The notes under the pieces were generated by a model. It ran no database searches. It was not told the origin of the DNA and worked only from the letters and a program-made list of their open reading frames with translations. This document shows, one piece after another, positions 27,644 through 38,062 of a DNA stretch of 64,000 bases. Origin of the DNA: Trueperaceae bacterium (GTDB taxonomy: Bacteria > Deinococcota > Deinococci > Deinococcales > Trueperaceae); NCBI GenBank assembly GCA_965214405.1, contig OZ243956.1:2048001-2112000 (forward strand), read 5' to 3'. Position 1 is the stretch's first letter, and each line of letters starts with the position of its first letter. Made by a program: the position numbers and the translations under genes.

Positions 27644-28801
27644 ATGAAAACGGACGAAAACCGCTCACAAACTCTTATGTTTTTTTGGGTCGCTCAGAGT
27701 TATGAAGCGCGTTGGGCCGAATCCCCTGAAGAGGTGCCTATTTACGATGTATCGCGGGGCTTTCCCCTTAGCGCAGGGGCTGACCTTGTACATAAAAAGG
27801 CGCTAGCAGACCCCAATGATATAAATGAGTTACGGCCTTTGCTGCGTGGTGATGCACGTTACAGCCACCTAATAGATACATGGGAGCCGAACCCGCCGCC
27901 CACAGAGGGCTACCCGCGTCTCGTGCGGGAGGATGTAGCGCGGCATGTGTGGGGGACTAGCTGTACTGATGCGGATGTCGTCGGGGACGTTAACAAACTC
28001 GCAAGGCACATATCTGCATGGCTTGCGGGAAAACCCGTAGAAGTGCTGAAACGAGAAATTTTAGAGCTGAATGCGAAATACGGCGCTCCGTACAGTGCCG
28101 AAGATAATACTCTCGAGGCTTGGTTAAAGCTTGCAGTCGAAACAAAGGTGCATATCGCAGCCATGCGCGAACTGCGCTCCAGTTACAAAGAGATGTGTAC
28201 TTGGCTTGAAACTGAGTACGAAAATCTGGCTAATAAACAAGTTTTTGATGAAAGAGGGTTCGAGCTAGCAACAGAGAAGGCAGAGCTTAGCCCTAGAGGA
28301 CCTAGAGGCATCGTGCAGCCTGCTAATCCGTTCGCCCACATGATTGCAGACTTTGATAACCCCCTCGACTCCTGGGAGCTAAACGTGTTGGGGAAGCTTG
28401 CGGACGCGGCACGAAACGCCAACGGTTCAATTAAGGTGCTCAGGGTAAGTTTAGCTGACGCGTTCAAGGCGTTTGCCAATTCTAACGTCACCATTGCCGA
28501 GGTTGTAAGGTCAAGAGGCGCTACATGGCTCCCTGAGAAAGACGACTACCGAGACGAGGCGCATAAGTTCAGGCTAAGGGTAGAAGATTACCTCATCGGC
28601 TCAAAAAACGTAACGGTGACCGTCCAGTCTAACGGCATTTTATGTTATGAGCCTATCGTCTTTTTTTTACGGCGGGAGCTTGCTAAGAAGTGGCGACACG
28701 GGGCGGAGGTGCGCCTGTGCAAAAAGTGTGGCCTTCCCTTTCCTCCCTCGAGGTCAAACATCAAATACTGTAACGCACACGCTTACGTATCCTCCCGATG
28801 A
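27644..28801 (+). CDS. Hypothetical protein with a C-terminal zinc-ribbon motif
   Basis: CKKCGLPFPPSRSNIKYC at the C-terminus. TAGAAT lies 7 nt before ATG 27644 (alternative start 27635). Confidence 0.7.
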   Translation: MKTDENRSQTLMFFWVAQSYEARWAESPEEVPIYDVSRGFPLSAGADLVHKKALADPNDINELRPLLRGDARYSHLIDTWEPNPPPTEGYPRLVREDVARHVWGTSCTDADVVGDVNKLARHISAWLAGKPVEVLKREILELNAKYGAPYSAEDNTLEAWLKLAVETKVHIAAMRELRSSYKEMCTWLETEYENLANKQVFDERGFELATEKAELSPRGPRGIVQPANPFAHMIADFDNPLDSWELNVLGKLADAARNANGSIKVLRVSLADAFKAFANSNVTIAEVVRSRGATWLPEKDDYRDEAHKFRLRVEDYLIGSKNVTVTVQSNGILCYEPIVFFLRRELAKKWRHGAEVRLCKKCGLPFPPSRSNIKYCNAHAYVSSR

Positions 28802-28982
28802 TGAAAAAAGCCGGTGCCACACAGCCTTAACGCTTAAGGTGCTTTGCACCTTAACTGCACCTACAAGCCCCGTTAACCCTCTGTTTCCGCCCCTTACCCG
28901 CTATAAACAGAACAAAGGTTTATACCGTTCTGCACGCTATATCTACATTTCCCTGTATATACCTGTTTTGCCCTTGCGCCCA

Positions 28983-29028
28983 CCTTCTAAGCGATAGGTC
29001 GAGGGTTCGAGTCCTTCCTGGTGCGCCA
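28983..29028 (+). repeat. attR core (duplicated 3' half of tRNA-Arg)
   Basis: Identical to 11243-11288, followed by a hairpin and T-run at about 29040-29087. Confidence 0.95.
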
Positions 29029-29117
29029 AATCATAGAGGCAAAAGCGCACCTCTTGACACGTTGTGACAGAGGGCGCTTCTGCTTTTCGCGTATATGCGT
29101 TTCCTTAGAAACCAGCT

Positions 29118-29276
29118 CTACTCGTGACCACGCTCTTGGTCCTTTTCCAGACCCTCCTGCCGGTTTTCAGAAGAGCGCTCGTCGGTGCTGCCGCTCGAGC
29201 CCGTGTCCGCGTCCTCGCTGGGGCCGGGTAAGTCTTCGTGTTTGTCGTCACGTGCGGTTTTGTCATTTGTAACCAT
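29118..29276 (-). CDS. Small acidic hydrophilic protein (52 aa)
   Basis: Manual translation MVTNDKTARDDKHEDLPGPSEDADTGSSGSTDERSSENRQEGLEKDQERGHE, GGAGG RBS. Confidence 0.55.
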   Translation of the reverse strand: MVTNDKTARDDKHEDLPGPSEDADTGSSGSTDERSSENRQEGLEKDQERGHE

Positions 29277-29564
29277 TGTTTGCCTCCCTCTCCTTTATGA
29301 AGCAAAAGAGAGAGTCGTCATAGTGCGTTCGCTACGATGTTTGGACTCGAGCCGGGCCTCAAACCCCTCTTTCTCGGTAGCGTGAGGCGCGTAGACACTG
29401 TGTTCTTCCGTTTGAAGGCTGTTGCAGTCAACCTTTCTCACGTCGTGCTGATTTTGAGTAGACTGTAGGGGGCTGAAGATGTCTCGAGCACTACCCCAAA
29501 CCGCAAAAGTCTGTTAAACTTACAAGGCTGGCGTGATGAGCGCGGCGTTGCTAGGTAAAACATG

Positions 29565-29641
29565 GTGGATGTAGCTCAGTAGGTTAGAGCACCGGATTGT
29601 GGTTCCGGGGGTCGTGGGTTCAAATCCCATCATCCACCCCA
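29565..29641 (+). tRNA. tRNA-His (GTG)
   Basis: Cloverleaf, anticodon loop TTGTGGT, encoded G-1 at 29564, CCA end. Confidence 0.96.
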
Positions 29642-29749
29642 ACTTTTTTAGGGGTATAAAAGACCAGAGTACGTTTTAGCCAGACGTATCCTCAGTTACG
29701 CATCATAGATGCTACCTCTGACTGCATCACAGATGTTACCTCTGATCCT

Positions 29750-29834
29750 GCGAGGATGGCGGAATTGGTAGACGCGCTAGACTTAGGATCTAGTCCCTTC
29801 GGGGGTGTGGGTTCAAGTCCCATTCCTCGCACCA
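29750..29834 (+). tRNA. tRNA-Leu (TAG)
   Basis: Long variable arm, anticodon loop CTTAGGA, CCA end. Confidence 0.96.
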
Positions 29835-29920
29835 AAGAAAATGCGCCCCGTTCGACGGTTTTTTGTCGCGGGGCGTTACCTTTTTTCTGTACCTTGTTTT
29901 CCGTTTTCGGGTGCGCCCCT

Positions 29921-31357
29921 CTAATCTCCTCTCCAGACCGACAGGCCGCCCTCGAGCGTTCCCTGCGCTTTCACTCTGTACATCGCCTCGTCTGCGCGGC
30001 GCAGCAGCAGGTCGATTTTGTCGTTGGGCTCGCCCAGAGCGATCCCGACGCTCGCGCCGACCCTTACGGTCGCGTTTCCCAAAGCGTAAGGTTGGGAGAG
30101 AGCGGCGACGACGCGCTCGGCGACTCGAGCTGCGTCCGCTTCGTCAACATCGGACAAGAGAAGCGCGAACTCGTCGCCGCCCATGCGCGCGAAGGGTTCC
30201 TCGCCCCGCACGACGCCCCGTAGCCGCGCGGCCACCTCTTTGATAAGCCTGTCGCCCACTTCGTGACCCTGGGTGTCGTTCACAGCCTTGAAGCCGTTGA
30301 TATCGACGAACAGAAGCGCGATCGTCCAACCCCTGCGCTGCGCGAGCGCTTGCAGCGTCGCCGCGCGCTCGAAAAAGGCGCGGCGGTTGGGTAGCCCGGC
30401 CAGCTCGTCGTAGTAGGCGAGGCGGCGCATGTTTTCTTCGGCGTTTTTGTGCTCGGTCACGTCCGCGTAGGTCACCACCAGCCCGTCGCCGAGTTGCGCC
30501 GCCGAGAGGGCGTACCAGGCATCGGTCCCGTGTAAGCTGCTCTCCGCGGGCATAAAAAAGGTGTCTGTATAGGGCTCGCCGGTATCCACGACCGTGCTGT
30601 AGTTCCTAAAGAGGCTGCTGCCCACGAGGTGCGGGAGGATGTCTCCTAAGCGCTTACCCAGAAGGTCCTTTTCAGGACGCCTCAGGATAATCTCGGTCAC
30701 CGGGTTGGCTTTCAAAAAGGCAAAGTCAGTCACGTTAGCCTCCTCGTCGCGCACCGCTTCGTAGGCGATCACGCCCATCGGGGCGGTGGCTAGCACGCGG
30801 TTGAGGAGCGCCTCGCTCCGCCTGAGCGCGTTCTCGGTCTGTTGACGCTCCAGGATCGCGCCCACCCACTGACCGAGCAAACGGACGAACTCTCTGTCTT
30901 CGTCACCAAAGGCTTTGGCGCGCGGCGTGGCGCTCGAGAAGTTGAGCGTGCCGTAGCGCTCCCCGTTGACAAACAAGGGCACGCCGATATAGGTTTCCAG
31001 GGCAAAAGCCGCATAACACGGATGGTGACGGTGTGCCGAATCCGCCATGTGATCGATGCTGAGGACGTCGTCCGCTTCCAGGGTGATGGCGCAGCAGGTG
31101 TTGCCCAAAGAAAACCGGTCACCCGGTTGGGGTGCCGCGCCGGGCGCGTAGCAGTGGGTCACGGTGTAACGGTCGCCCTCGACGCGGCTAATGATGCCCA
31201 GGTCGAGCTCCAAAAACCCGGTCACCAGCGCCAGCGCCTCGCTTAGTTGCACCCCCAGGTCATCCTGGCGGCGGGTAAGCACCTTGTAAAGCAGCCGCAG
31301 TCGCTCGACGTACTTGTGCTGGGCGTCGCGCCGGGTGGAGGGTACGGGCGCATTCAC
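29921..31357 (-). CDS. GAF-PAS-GGDEF diguanylate cyclase
   Basis: YIGVPL..GERYGTLNF GAF, DELAGLPNRR, intact ARMGGDEF. Confidence 0.92.
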   Translation of the reverse strand: MNAPVPSTRRDAQHKYVERLRLLYKVLTRRQDDLGVQLSEALALVTGFLELDLGIISRVEGDRYTVTHCYAPGAAPQPGDRFSLGNTCCAITLEADDVLSIDHMADSAHRHHPCYAAFALETYIGVPLFVNGERYGTLNFSSATPRAKAFGDEDREFVRLLGQWVGAILERQQTENALRRSEALLNRVLATAPMGVIAYEAVRDEEANVTDFAFLKANPVTEIILRRPEKDLLGKRLGDILPHLVGSSLFRNYSTVVDTGEPYTDTFFMPAESSLHGTDAWYALSAAQLGDGLVVTYADVTEHKNAEENMRRLAYYDELAGLPNRRAFFERAATLQALAQRRGWTIALLFVDINGFKAVNDTQGHEVGDRLIKEVAARLRGVVRGEEPFARMGGDEFALLLSDVDEADAARVAERVVAALSQPYALGNATVRVGASVGIALGEPNDKIDLLLRRADEAMYRVKAQGTLEGGLSVWRGD

Positions 31358-31955
31358 GCGTGTAAAACCATTTCTGTACTCTCTCTCGGTATAGGTTCTT
31401 CAACGTGTGACGCACACCCCAGTCAGGCCGCGTCGACTTCTAAAACGTGGCGATAGGGCTTCTGGTCGCCCCAAACGCGTCAGCCAGCGCCGCACGAAGA
31501 TGTTGCTTTCACATCCGGTAGAAATTCCAGAACGAAAAGCGCGACGTGGGCCTCGTTGGATCATCAGAACACTTTGAGCGCGTCTTAAGCTGTAAAATTT
31601 TCCAAATGTGGCGGCTCTACGCCGTGACAGGCTTTTATCATCACGTCTTTCCAGGAGCGTTCGGAAGGTCGGGACCTGAGAAAACGTCAGACTCGGTACC
31701 CGGTATTTTTTTGCTAAAGCCAAAGAAGCGTTTAATAGCTTCCGTGATGCTCATGACGGAAGCTTGTATGTATCAGAGGGGTTGGGTGTGCGTCGCTTGC
31801 AATCCTGTAGACTAAAGCGTTACGCCCTCAGGGTTGTGAGACTCATAAAGATTTGGGTGGGGCAAAGGCAACCAAAAACCTGTGCGGCTCGAGCCCCAGA
31901 ACTCCACATGAACTGATGAGCACCCCACGAACTGATGGGCACCCAAGGAGAAGCT

Positions 31956-33500
31956 ATGCAAACGCAGATGTTGGAAAAAGAATCAATCAGGGCCAAGTTT
32001 AGTGTAACCGTGCCCGCGGACGACGTGAACAAGGCCTACGGCGTGATGCTGCAAAGCTTGGGCCGACAGGTCAAGATTCCCGGCTTTCGCCCCGGCAAAG
32101 CGCCGCGCGGCGTGGTCGAGGCCAAAATCGGCAAAGACGCGCTCGCGCAGGAGGTGCGTGACGCGCTGGTCGAGACCTACTACCCGCAGGCGGTGCGCGA
32201 ATTAGAGCTCGTCCCCGTCCACGCCCACTTCCACGCGCACGAGCCCGTCGAGGGGGAGGATTATTCGTTCGAGGTCGAGGTGGACCTCTACCCCGAGGTC
32301 GAGCTTCCAAACTTAGGTGAAATCGTCATTGACAACGAAGCGCCGCAGGTGAGTGATGAGATGATTGCGGAGACCGTCGAGGGACTCCGCCGCGAGAACG
32401 CGGTGCTCATCCCCGTGGACCGGCCCGCCGAACCCGGTGACTACGTGCTGGTCGAGTCGCAGGGGACGGGCAGCACCTTGCCCATCGACCTAGAAACCGT
32501 GTCCCCGAGCCTGGCCGAGCAGTTTCTGGGCCGGTCCATCGGCGACGCGCTCACGCTCGAGCTTGGCTCTCCGGGTGAAGACGAGGACGACGAGGACACT
32601 AAAGACGCTGGGGCGCTCGAGGCGCAATCTGAAACGTCCGAGAACGTAGCTGAAACCGAAGAAGCCGGAGTAGCCGAGACTGAAGAAGTCGAAGCTGGGG
32701 CAGAGGTTTCAGAAGACAGGCTCGAGGACTCCGAAAACGACGAAGACGCTATCAACCCGCTCGCCATCGACGTCGTCATCCGCGACATCAAAGCCAAGGA
32801 AAAGCCCGAGGTGGGCGACGAGTTCGCTCAGACACTGGGTTTCGACTCCTGGGCGGAGACCGAAACGCAAATTCGCCGGAGCTTGCAAGCGCAGCTCAAC
32901 GAAGAAGCCTTTGAGGCGCAGCGCGAAGAGTTTATGGACAAACTTACCGCCGAGAGCGACTTCGACCTGCCCGCAAGCCTCGTGAACCGCCGCAAACGCG
33001 GGTTGTTGGAGAACTTAGCGCGCGACTTGGACGCGCGCGGGATTGCTCTTAGGAACTATTTGGAAGAATTGGACGAAAAGGGTAACCGGGACGCGTTCGA
33101 GGTCGAACTCGACGAGGCGGCGCGCAACGCGGTCAAGCGCGACCTCGTGTTGGAAAAGCTCATGGAGGTGCGCGGCACAGCCCTCTCTGACGAAGAATTC
33201 TCCGCGGCCCTTCGCGCGCTCGCGCAGTACCGGGAAACGGACGCAACCAAACTGCGGCGTGACCTTGGCGAGGATGGCCTGACCAACTACCGCTTCATGC
33301 TCACTAGAGACAAAGCGGTGCGTGAGACGGTGCTCGAGCTTTTGGGGGCGGGGCTTGAGGCGAACGACGGAGCTACGGATGAGACTTCCGCCCAGCCGGA
33401 CGCCGCAGACGCAGCGGACGACGCCATGACGGATACAAATATGGAGGACGCAAACACAGAGAACACGAACGCCGCCGCAGAAGAACCACGGGGCGCGTGA
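31956..33500 (+). CDS. tig: Trigger factor
   Basis: IPGFRPGKAP signature, upstream of clpP-clpX. Confidence 0.92.
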   Translation: MQTQMLEKESIRAKFSVTVPADDVNKAYGVMLQSLGRQVKIPGFRPGKAPRGVVEAKIGKDALAQEVRDALVETYYPQAVRELELVPVHAHFHAHEPVEGEDYSFEVEVDLYPEVELPNLGEIVIDNEAPQVSDEMIAETVEGLRRENAVLIPVDRPAEPGDYVLVESQGTGSTLPIDLETVSPSLAEQFLGRSIGDALTLELGSPGEDEDDEDTKDAGALEAQSETSENVAETEEAGVAETEEVEAGAEVSEDRLEDSENDEDAINPLAIDVVIRDIKAKEKPEVGDEFAQTLGFDSWAETETQIRRSLQAQLNEEAFEAQREEFMDKLTAESDFDLPASLVNRRKRGLLENLARDLDARGIALRNYLEELDEKGNRDAFEVELDEAARNAVKRDLVLEKLMEVRGTALSDEEFSAALRALAQYRETDATKLRRDLGEDGLTNYRFMLTRDKAVRETVLELLGAGLEANDGATDETSAQPDAADAADDAMTDTNMEDANTENTNAAAEEPRGA

Positions 33501-33563
33501 GTTCTATAACGTTACGACGGGGTATAGCGCGTCATACTTGGGCTTGCAAGGAGGATTAACAAC

Positions 33564-34193
33564 ATGTCACTTGTACCTTATGTGATCGAACAGACGGGCC
33601 GCGGCGAGAGGATGTACGACGTCTACAGCCGCTTGCTCAAGGAGCGCATTATTTTCTTGGGCACGCCCATTAACTCAGACGTCGCCAACGTGCTCGTCGC
33701 GCAGCTCCTGCTGCTCGATTCGCAGTCCAACGAGCAGCCCATCCAAATTTATATCAACTGCCCGGGCGGCGAGGTTTACGCAGGTTTAGCTATCTACGAC
33801 ACCATGCAGCACATCAACGCGCCCATCAGCACCATCTGTGTAGGCATGGCGATGTCGTTTGGCTCGGTTATCCTGATGGCGGGCGACAAGGGACGGCGCT
33901 TCGCGCTGCCGCACTCGCGCGTGATGATCCACCAGGGCTCCTCGGGCTTTCGCGGCAACACGCCCGACGTCGAGATTCAGGCGCGCGAAATCCTCCACCT
34001 GCGCGACGTGATGGCCGAACTCTACGAAAAACACACCACCCAAGACCGCGACAAGGTCTTAAAAGACATGGAGCGCGACTATTTCATGGCCCCCAATGAA
34101 GCGCGCGACTACGGCATCATCGACGAAGTGATCAGCCCCCGGCAGACGCTGCCGCTGCCCCCGCTTAGCGAGGGGTCGGACGAGGACTTTTAG
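33564..34193 (+). CDS. clpP: ATP-dependent Clp protease proteolytic subunit
   Basis: YDVYSRLLKERIIFL, AMSFGS, VMIHQ. Confidence 0.96.
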   Translation: MSLVPYVIEQTGRGERMYDVYSRLLKERIIFLGTPINSDVANVLVAQLLLLDSQSNEQPIQIYINCPGGEVYAGLAIYDTMQHINAPISTICVGMAMSFGSVILMAGDKGRRFALPHSRVMIHQGSSGFRGNTPDVEIQAREILHLRDVMAELYEKHTTQDRDKVLKDMERDYFMAPNEARDYGIIDEVISPRQTLPLPPLSEGSDEDF

Positions 34194-35396
34194 GTGCCCT
34201 TACCCCGCTGTAACTTTTGTGGTCGCACGCACCACGAGGTCAAACATTTGGTCGCCGCGGAAAACGGCGTGACGCATATCTGCAACGACTGCGTCGGGCG
34301 CATCGCCGAGGTGCTGGACAGAACCAGGGCCAAGGTCCCCACCCCCACGCGGCTGCCCAGCCCGCGCGAAATCAAGGCGCACTTAGACGCCTACGTCATC
34401 GAGCAAGACGAGGCCAAACGCACGCTCGCGGTCGCGGTTTTTAACCATTACCGCCGCCTCCAGTACCCCCACGCAGAGCTGCAAAAGGCCAACATCTTGC
34501 TCGTCGGGCCGTCAGGCACCGGCAAGACGCTGCTGGCTCAGACGCTCGCCGGATTTCTCGACGTGCCCTTCGCCATCGCCGACGCCACCACCCTGACCGA
34601 AGCGGGGTATGTGGGCGACGACGTCGAAAACATCATCTTGCGCCTCCTCCAAACCGCCGACTACGACGTGGCGAACGCCGAGCGCGGCATCATCTACATC
34701 GACGAAATCGACAAGATCGCGCGCAAGGCCGAGGGCGTGTCCATTACCCGCGACGTGTCGGGCGAGGGCGTGCAGCAGGCGCTTCTGAAGATGATCGAGG
34801 GCACGGTCACGCACGTGCCGCCGCAAGGGGGGCGCAAGCACCCGCACCAGGAACTCATCGCGGTGGACACCTCGAACATTCTCTTTATCTGCGGCGGCGC
34901 GTTTGAGGGGATTGGCGACATCGTCCGCAACCGCGTGGACGTGTCCAAAGTCGGCTTTCACCACGCCGCCTACCAAAATGGCGCGGCGGACGCGGAGCGC
35001 GCGGACATCCTCCCCGAGGATTTGATGAAGTTCGGCCTCATCCCCGAACTCATCGGGCGGCTCGCGGTCACGGTGCGGCTGCACGACCTCAGCTTAGAGG
35101 CGCTTGTGGACGTGCTGACCGAGCCCAAAAACGCGCTCGTCAAGCAGTACCAAACGCTCTTTTCATTGGAAGGCGTGACGCTCTCGTTTGAGGAAGCCGC
35201 GCTTTACGAGGTGGCGCGGCGCGCGCAGACGCGTAAGACAGGGGCGCGGGGCTTAAGGTCGGTGTTGGAGAAGACGCTGCTCGAGCTCATGTTCGAGGTG
35301 CCCGGCAGCGACGTGAGCAATATGGTCATCAGCCCCGACGTTTTAGACGAGCCGCTTTTGGCCTTGGAGCGCGCAGCAAGGCGTAAAACAGCTTAG
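34194..35396 (+). CDS. clpX: ClpX ATPase subunit
   Basis: CNFC...CNDC zinc finger, [23 protein letters not shown]. Confidence 0.96.
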   Translation: MPLPRCNFCGRTHHEVKHLVAAENGVTHICNDCVGRIAEVLDRTRAKVPTPTRLPSPREIKAHLDAYVIEQDEAKRTLAVAVFNHYRRLQYPHAELQKANILLVGPSGTGKTLLAQTLAGFLDVPFAIADATTLTEAGYVGDDVENIILRLLQTADYDVANAERGIIYIDEIDKIARKAEGVSITRDVSGEGVQQALLKMIEGTVTHVPPQGGRKHPHQELIAVDTSNILFICGGAFEGIGDIVRNRVDVSKVGFHHAAYQNGAADAERADILPEDLMKFGLIPELIGRLAVTVRLHDLSLEALVDVLTEPKNALVKQYQTLFSLEGVTLSFEEAALYEVARRAQTRKTGARGLRSVLEKTLLELMFEVPGSDVSNMVISPDVLDEPLLALERAARRKTA

Positions 35397-35475
35397 AGTA
35401 GGTCTGGACTTGTGGTCTTTGGGCGAACAGCTCAGAGGCTTTTTTGTGCATTTGTAAGCGTTACACGAAGACGCA

Positions 35476-36612
35476 TTACGCGGCGTAGAGGCGGCAGCGT
35501 TCTACTACTTCGGCAAAGCTCGAGGCCGCGTAGTCGAGCGCCTCCCTGGTCAAGCCGCGACCGAGGGAGAAGCGGACGCTCGAGCGCGCCCTTTCCTCAC
35601 TCAAACCCATCGCCAGGAGCACATGAGAGGGCTCCAGGGTGCCCGCGGCGCAAGCCGAGCCCGCGCTCGCCGCTACGCCCGCGCGGTCCAGACCCATGAG
35701 CAGCGCCTCGCCGTCCACGCCCGCGACCGAGACGTTGAGGTGCTTGGGGCCTCGCGGCGCGCCCGCGCCGTTGACGGTAACGTCGCCGACCTTGAGGAGT
35801 TGGGTTTCTAAATAATCACGATTGGCGGCAATCTCCACCGCGTCCTCTTCTAAACGTGCGTGAGCGAGTTCGGCGGCGGCCCCCATACCGACGATGGCAG
35901 GTACGTTGAGCGTCCCCGCGCGGCGTCCCCGCTCCTGCTCGCCGCCCAAAAGGAAGGGGGGTAACGTAAGCCCTTCGCGCACGTAGAGCACGCCAACCCC
36001 CTTGGGACCGTAGACTTTATGACCTGACAAACTCAGCATGTCCACCTCGAGCGCCCGCACGTCCACCTTCAGCGTCCCAAACGCCTGCACCGCGTCGCAA
36101 AAAAGGAGCGCGCCCGCCTCGTGAACGATGTTGCTGATAGCGGGAATATCGTTCACGACGCCCGTTTCATTGTTGACAAGCATGAGTGAGGCGAGTTGAG
36201 TATCAGGCTGTAAAGCTTCCCGCACGGCCTCCGGCCTAACCTCTCCCCTATGGTTGGGCTGCACGTAAGAAACCGCGTGACCTAAACTTTCTAGATACTT
36301 CGCCGTCGTCAGCACGGCGGCGTGCTCCAAGAGACTCGTTAGGAGGGGACCCGCGTGCGCGCGCAACGCGTGGTTGTCCGCCTCAGTTGCGCCCGAAGTG
36401 AAAATAACCTCTTGTGGGAGCGCCCCAATGGCCGCCGCCACCCGCTCGCGCGCCTCCTCGACCGCCCGCCGCGCCCGCTGGCCCGCCGCGTGCAGGCTCG
36501 AGGGGTTGCCAAACCCATCCGTCAAATGGGGCATCATCGCCTCCAGTACGAGCGGCTCGAGCGGCGTCGTGGCTGCGTAATCTAGATAAACATGGTCGAA
36601 ATGGGCGGGCAC
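35476..36612 (-). CDS. iscS: Cysteine desulfurase
   Basis: YLDYAATTP, SGHKVYGPKG, SAGSACA. Confidence 0.92.
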   Translation of the reverse strand: MPAHFDHVYLDYAATTPLEPLVLEAMMPHLTDGFGNPSSLHAAGQRARRAVEEARERVAAAIGALPQEVIFTSGATEADNHALRAHAGPLLTSLLEHAAVLTTAKYLESLGHAVSYVQPNHRGEVRPEAVREALQPDTQLASLMLVNNETGVVNDIPAISNIVHEAGALLFCDAVQAFGTLKVDVRALEVDMLSLSGHKVYGPKGVGVLYVREGLTLPPFLLGGEQERGRRAGTLNVPAIVGMGAAAELAHARLEEDAVEIAANRDYLETQLLKVGDVTVNGAGAPRGPKHLNVSVAGVDGEALLMGLDRAGVAASAGSACAAGTLEPSHVLLAMGLSEERARSSVRFSLGRGLTREALDYAASSFAEVVERCRLYAA

Positions 36613-36787
36613 GGCAAAACCTCATTAAGACTAGAGAGCATTAAAGCTGGGCTGCATTTGTTGCTAGGTAACGTGACTAATTTGAGAGACACCGCCCCTC
36701 ACGCTTTAAGATTAGATGCTACGTTCAGTATTCTTGCGTTACTGCGCAGAGGCGAGAACCCAATGCCAACAAAAATTACAATGAAAC

Positions 36788-37237
36788 CTAATTGGAGGAC
36801 GCGAAGTGGCTCGGCAGGGGCTCGAGCTGCAAAAGGTGCCGTTCAGCGACCAAGTCGGCCAGGGTGGTCTCGCGGAGTACGCTCCTGACCGCCTCGTCCA
36901 CGCGTCGCCAGAGCGCTTCGGTCGAGCAGTTGCCGGTCCGGTCGCAGGCGTCGGCGGAGTCGATACAGTCCACCGGGGCGACGCTGCCTTCCATAAGTTC
37001 GACCACCTCGAGCGCGCTCACCTCGTGCGGGGGCCGCGCCAGACGGTAGCCGCCGTAGGCTCCTCGCACCGACTCGACGATGTCCGCGCGGCGTAGCGGG
37101 GCAACGATCTGCTCGAGGTAGTGCTGAGAGATGTTCTGCCGCTCCGCCACCACCTTGAGGCTAGTGGGCTCATCGCCACCCAAAGCGATTTCGACCAGTG
37201 CCCGCATCCCGTACTGTGCTCTCGTTGACACCCACAT
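36788..37237 (-). CDS. iscR: Rrf2 family regulator (IscR/CymR-like)
   Basis: YLEQI...SVRGAYGGYRLA, three Cys (C-x5-C-x5-C), upstream of iscS. Confidence 0.8.
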   Translation of the reverse strand: MWVSTRAQYGMRALVEIALGGDEPTSLKVVAERQNISQHYLEQIVAPLRRADIVESVRGAYGGYRLARPPHEVSALEVVELMEGSVAPVDCIDSADACDRTGNCSTEALWRRVDEAVRSVLRETTLADLVAERHLLQLEPLPSHFASSN

Positions 37238-37468
37238 AAAAACTCCTTTAACCCAAGCGGCTAAGCCGGGCTTTCTAGGGGATTATAGCAGCTTTCAGGC
37301 CGGGGTCAAGAAAACTAGGAATGATTCCGAGATGAGTTTAGCTTCTCGGGGCCGTGCTCGGAAGTTTGTGGAGGACGACCTGATAAAGGTTTTCTCGAGG
37401 TATACGACTGCTCCGTTACCAACGAGAGCGAAGGGGAAACCGGGCTTGAACCCGGCGCGTGCGTGTCC

Positions 37469-37837
37469 CTAGAGCTGCGTGCGCGCCAGCGCGACGAGGT
37501 GGCTTGGCCGGAACGGCTTGTGGAGTTGTGTAACGCCTGCGCCGCCCCCCGAACCGCCCTCCGCGCTATCCGCCGAAGCGTCGTCTCTGGCCCGGAGCAC
37601 AATAAGGGGGATGCCCGCCGTGCGCGCGTCGCTATTGAGGCGGGCCACGACGCCCTCTTCGCCCGACTTGGTCATCCGTTCGTCGATAATAATGAGGTTG
37701 GGAGGACACTCGAGGGCCGCCGCGACGCCCCCCTCCAAGGTGGCCGCCGTGCAGACCTCCAGGCCCTCTCGAGCGAACTTCTGCTCGAGCAGCCCTAAAA
37801 GGGTCGGTTCATCGTCGATAATCAGCACCCTACGCAT
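37469..37837 (-). CDS. Single-domain response regulator receiver
   Basis: LIIDDE, IIIDERM, LHKPF. Confidence 0.75.
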   Translation of the reverse strand: MRRVLIIDDEPTLLGLLEQKFAREGLEVCTAATLEGGVAAALECPPNLIIIDERMTKSGEEGVVARLNSDARTAGIPLIVLRARDDASADSAEGGSGGGAGVTQLHKPFRPSHLVALARTQL

Positions 37838-38062
37838 TTGTAAGAGTTTACTCGAGGCGCGCGGAACCGTCTGTGCGCGTTGCCCGGCGAGTGGAAAAGT
37901 TCACGAGCACCCCGTTTGAACGCGCGAAATTAGAAACTTCCTCTTCAAGTGTGAGGGGGGAGCGGAGGCGACGGGGAGGTGGGGGAAAACCAAAAGCCTC
38001 TGTTCTCTATCTCCCGCCTCCCCAATCCGTCAAAACCGGATGAACCACCGATCCAAGATGAA

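Larger units (their letters stand above)
11289..29028. mobile_element. 17.7-kb integrative element (satellite/PICI-like genomic island) in tRNA-Arg(TCT)
   Basis: 46-bp direct repeat of the tRNA 3' half, adjacent tyrosine integrase, repressor, Xis-like gene, primase-helicase and R-M cargo. No capsid, tail or conjugation genes recognised. Confidence 0.93.

Noticed and set aside
28983..29028. Second tRNA-Arg gene
   Set aside because: Only the 3' 46 nt are present, with no 5' acceptor strand or D-arm. This is attR.
11289..29028. Complete prophage or ICE
   Set aside because: No recognisable capsid, portal, large terminase, tail, lysis, relaxase or T4SS genes.
29756..30223. 155-aa ORF on the plus strand
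   Set aside because: Starts inside tRNA-Leu and runs antisense to the GGDEF gene, so it is a shadow ORF.
31910..31944. 16-bp tandem repeat GAACTGATG(A/G)GCACCC upstream of tig
   Set aside because: Only two copies with no further structure. It may be a local duplication and there is not enough evidence to call it regulatory.
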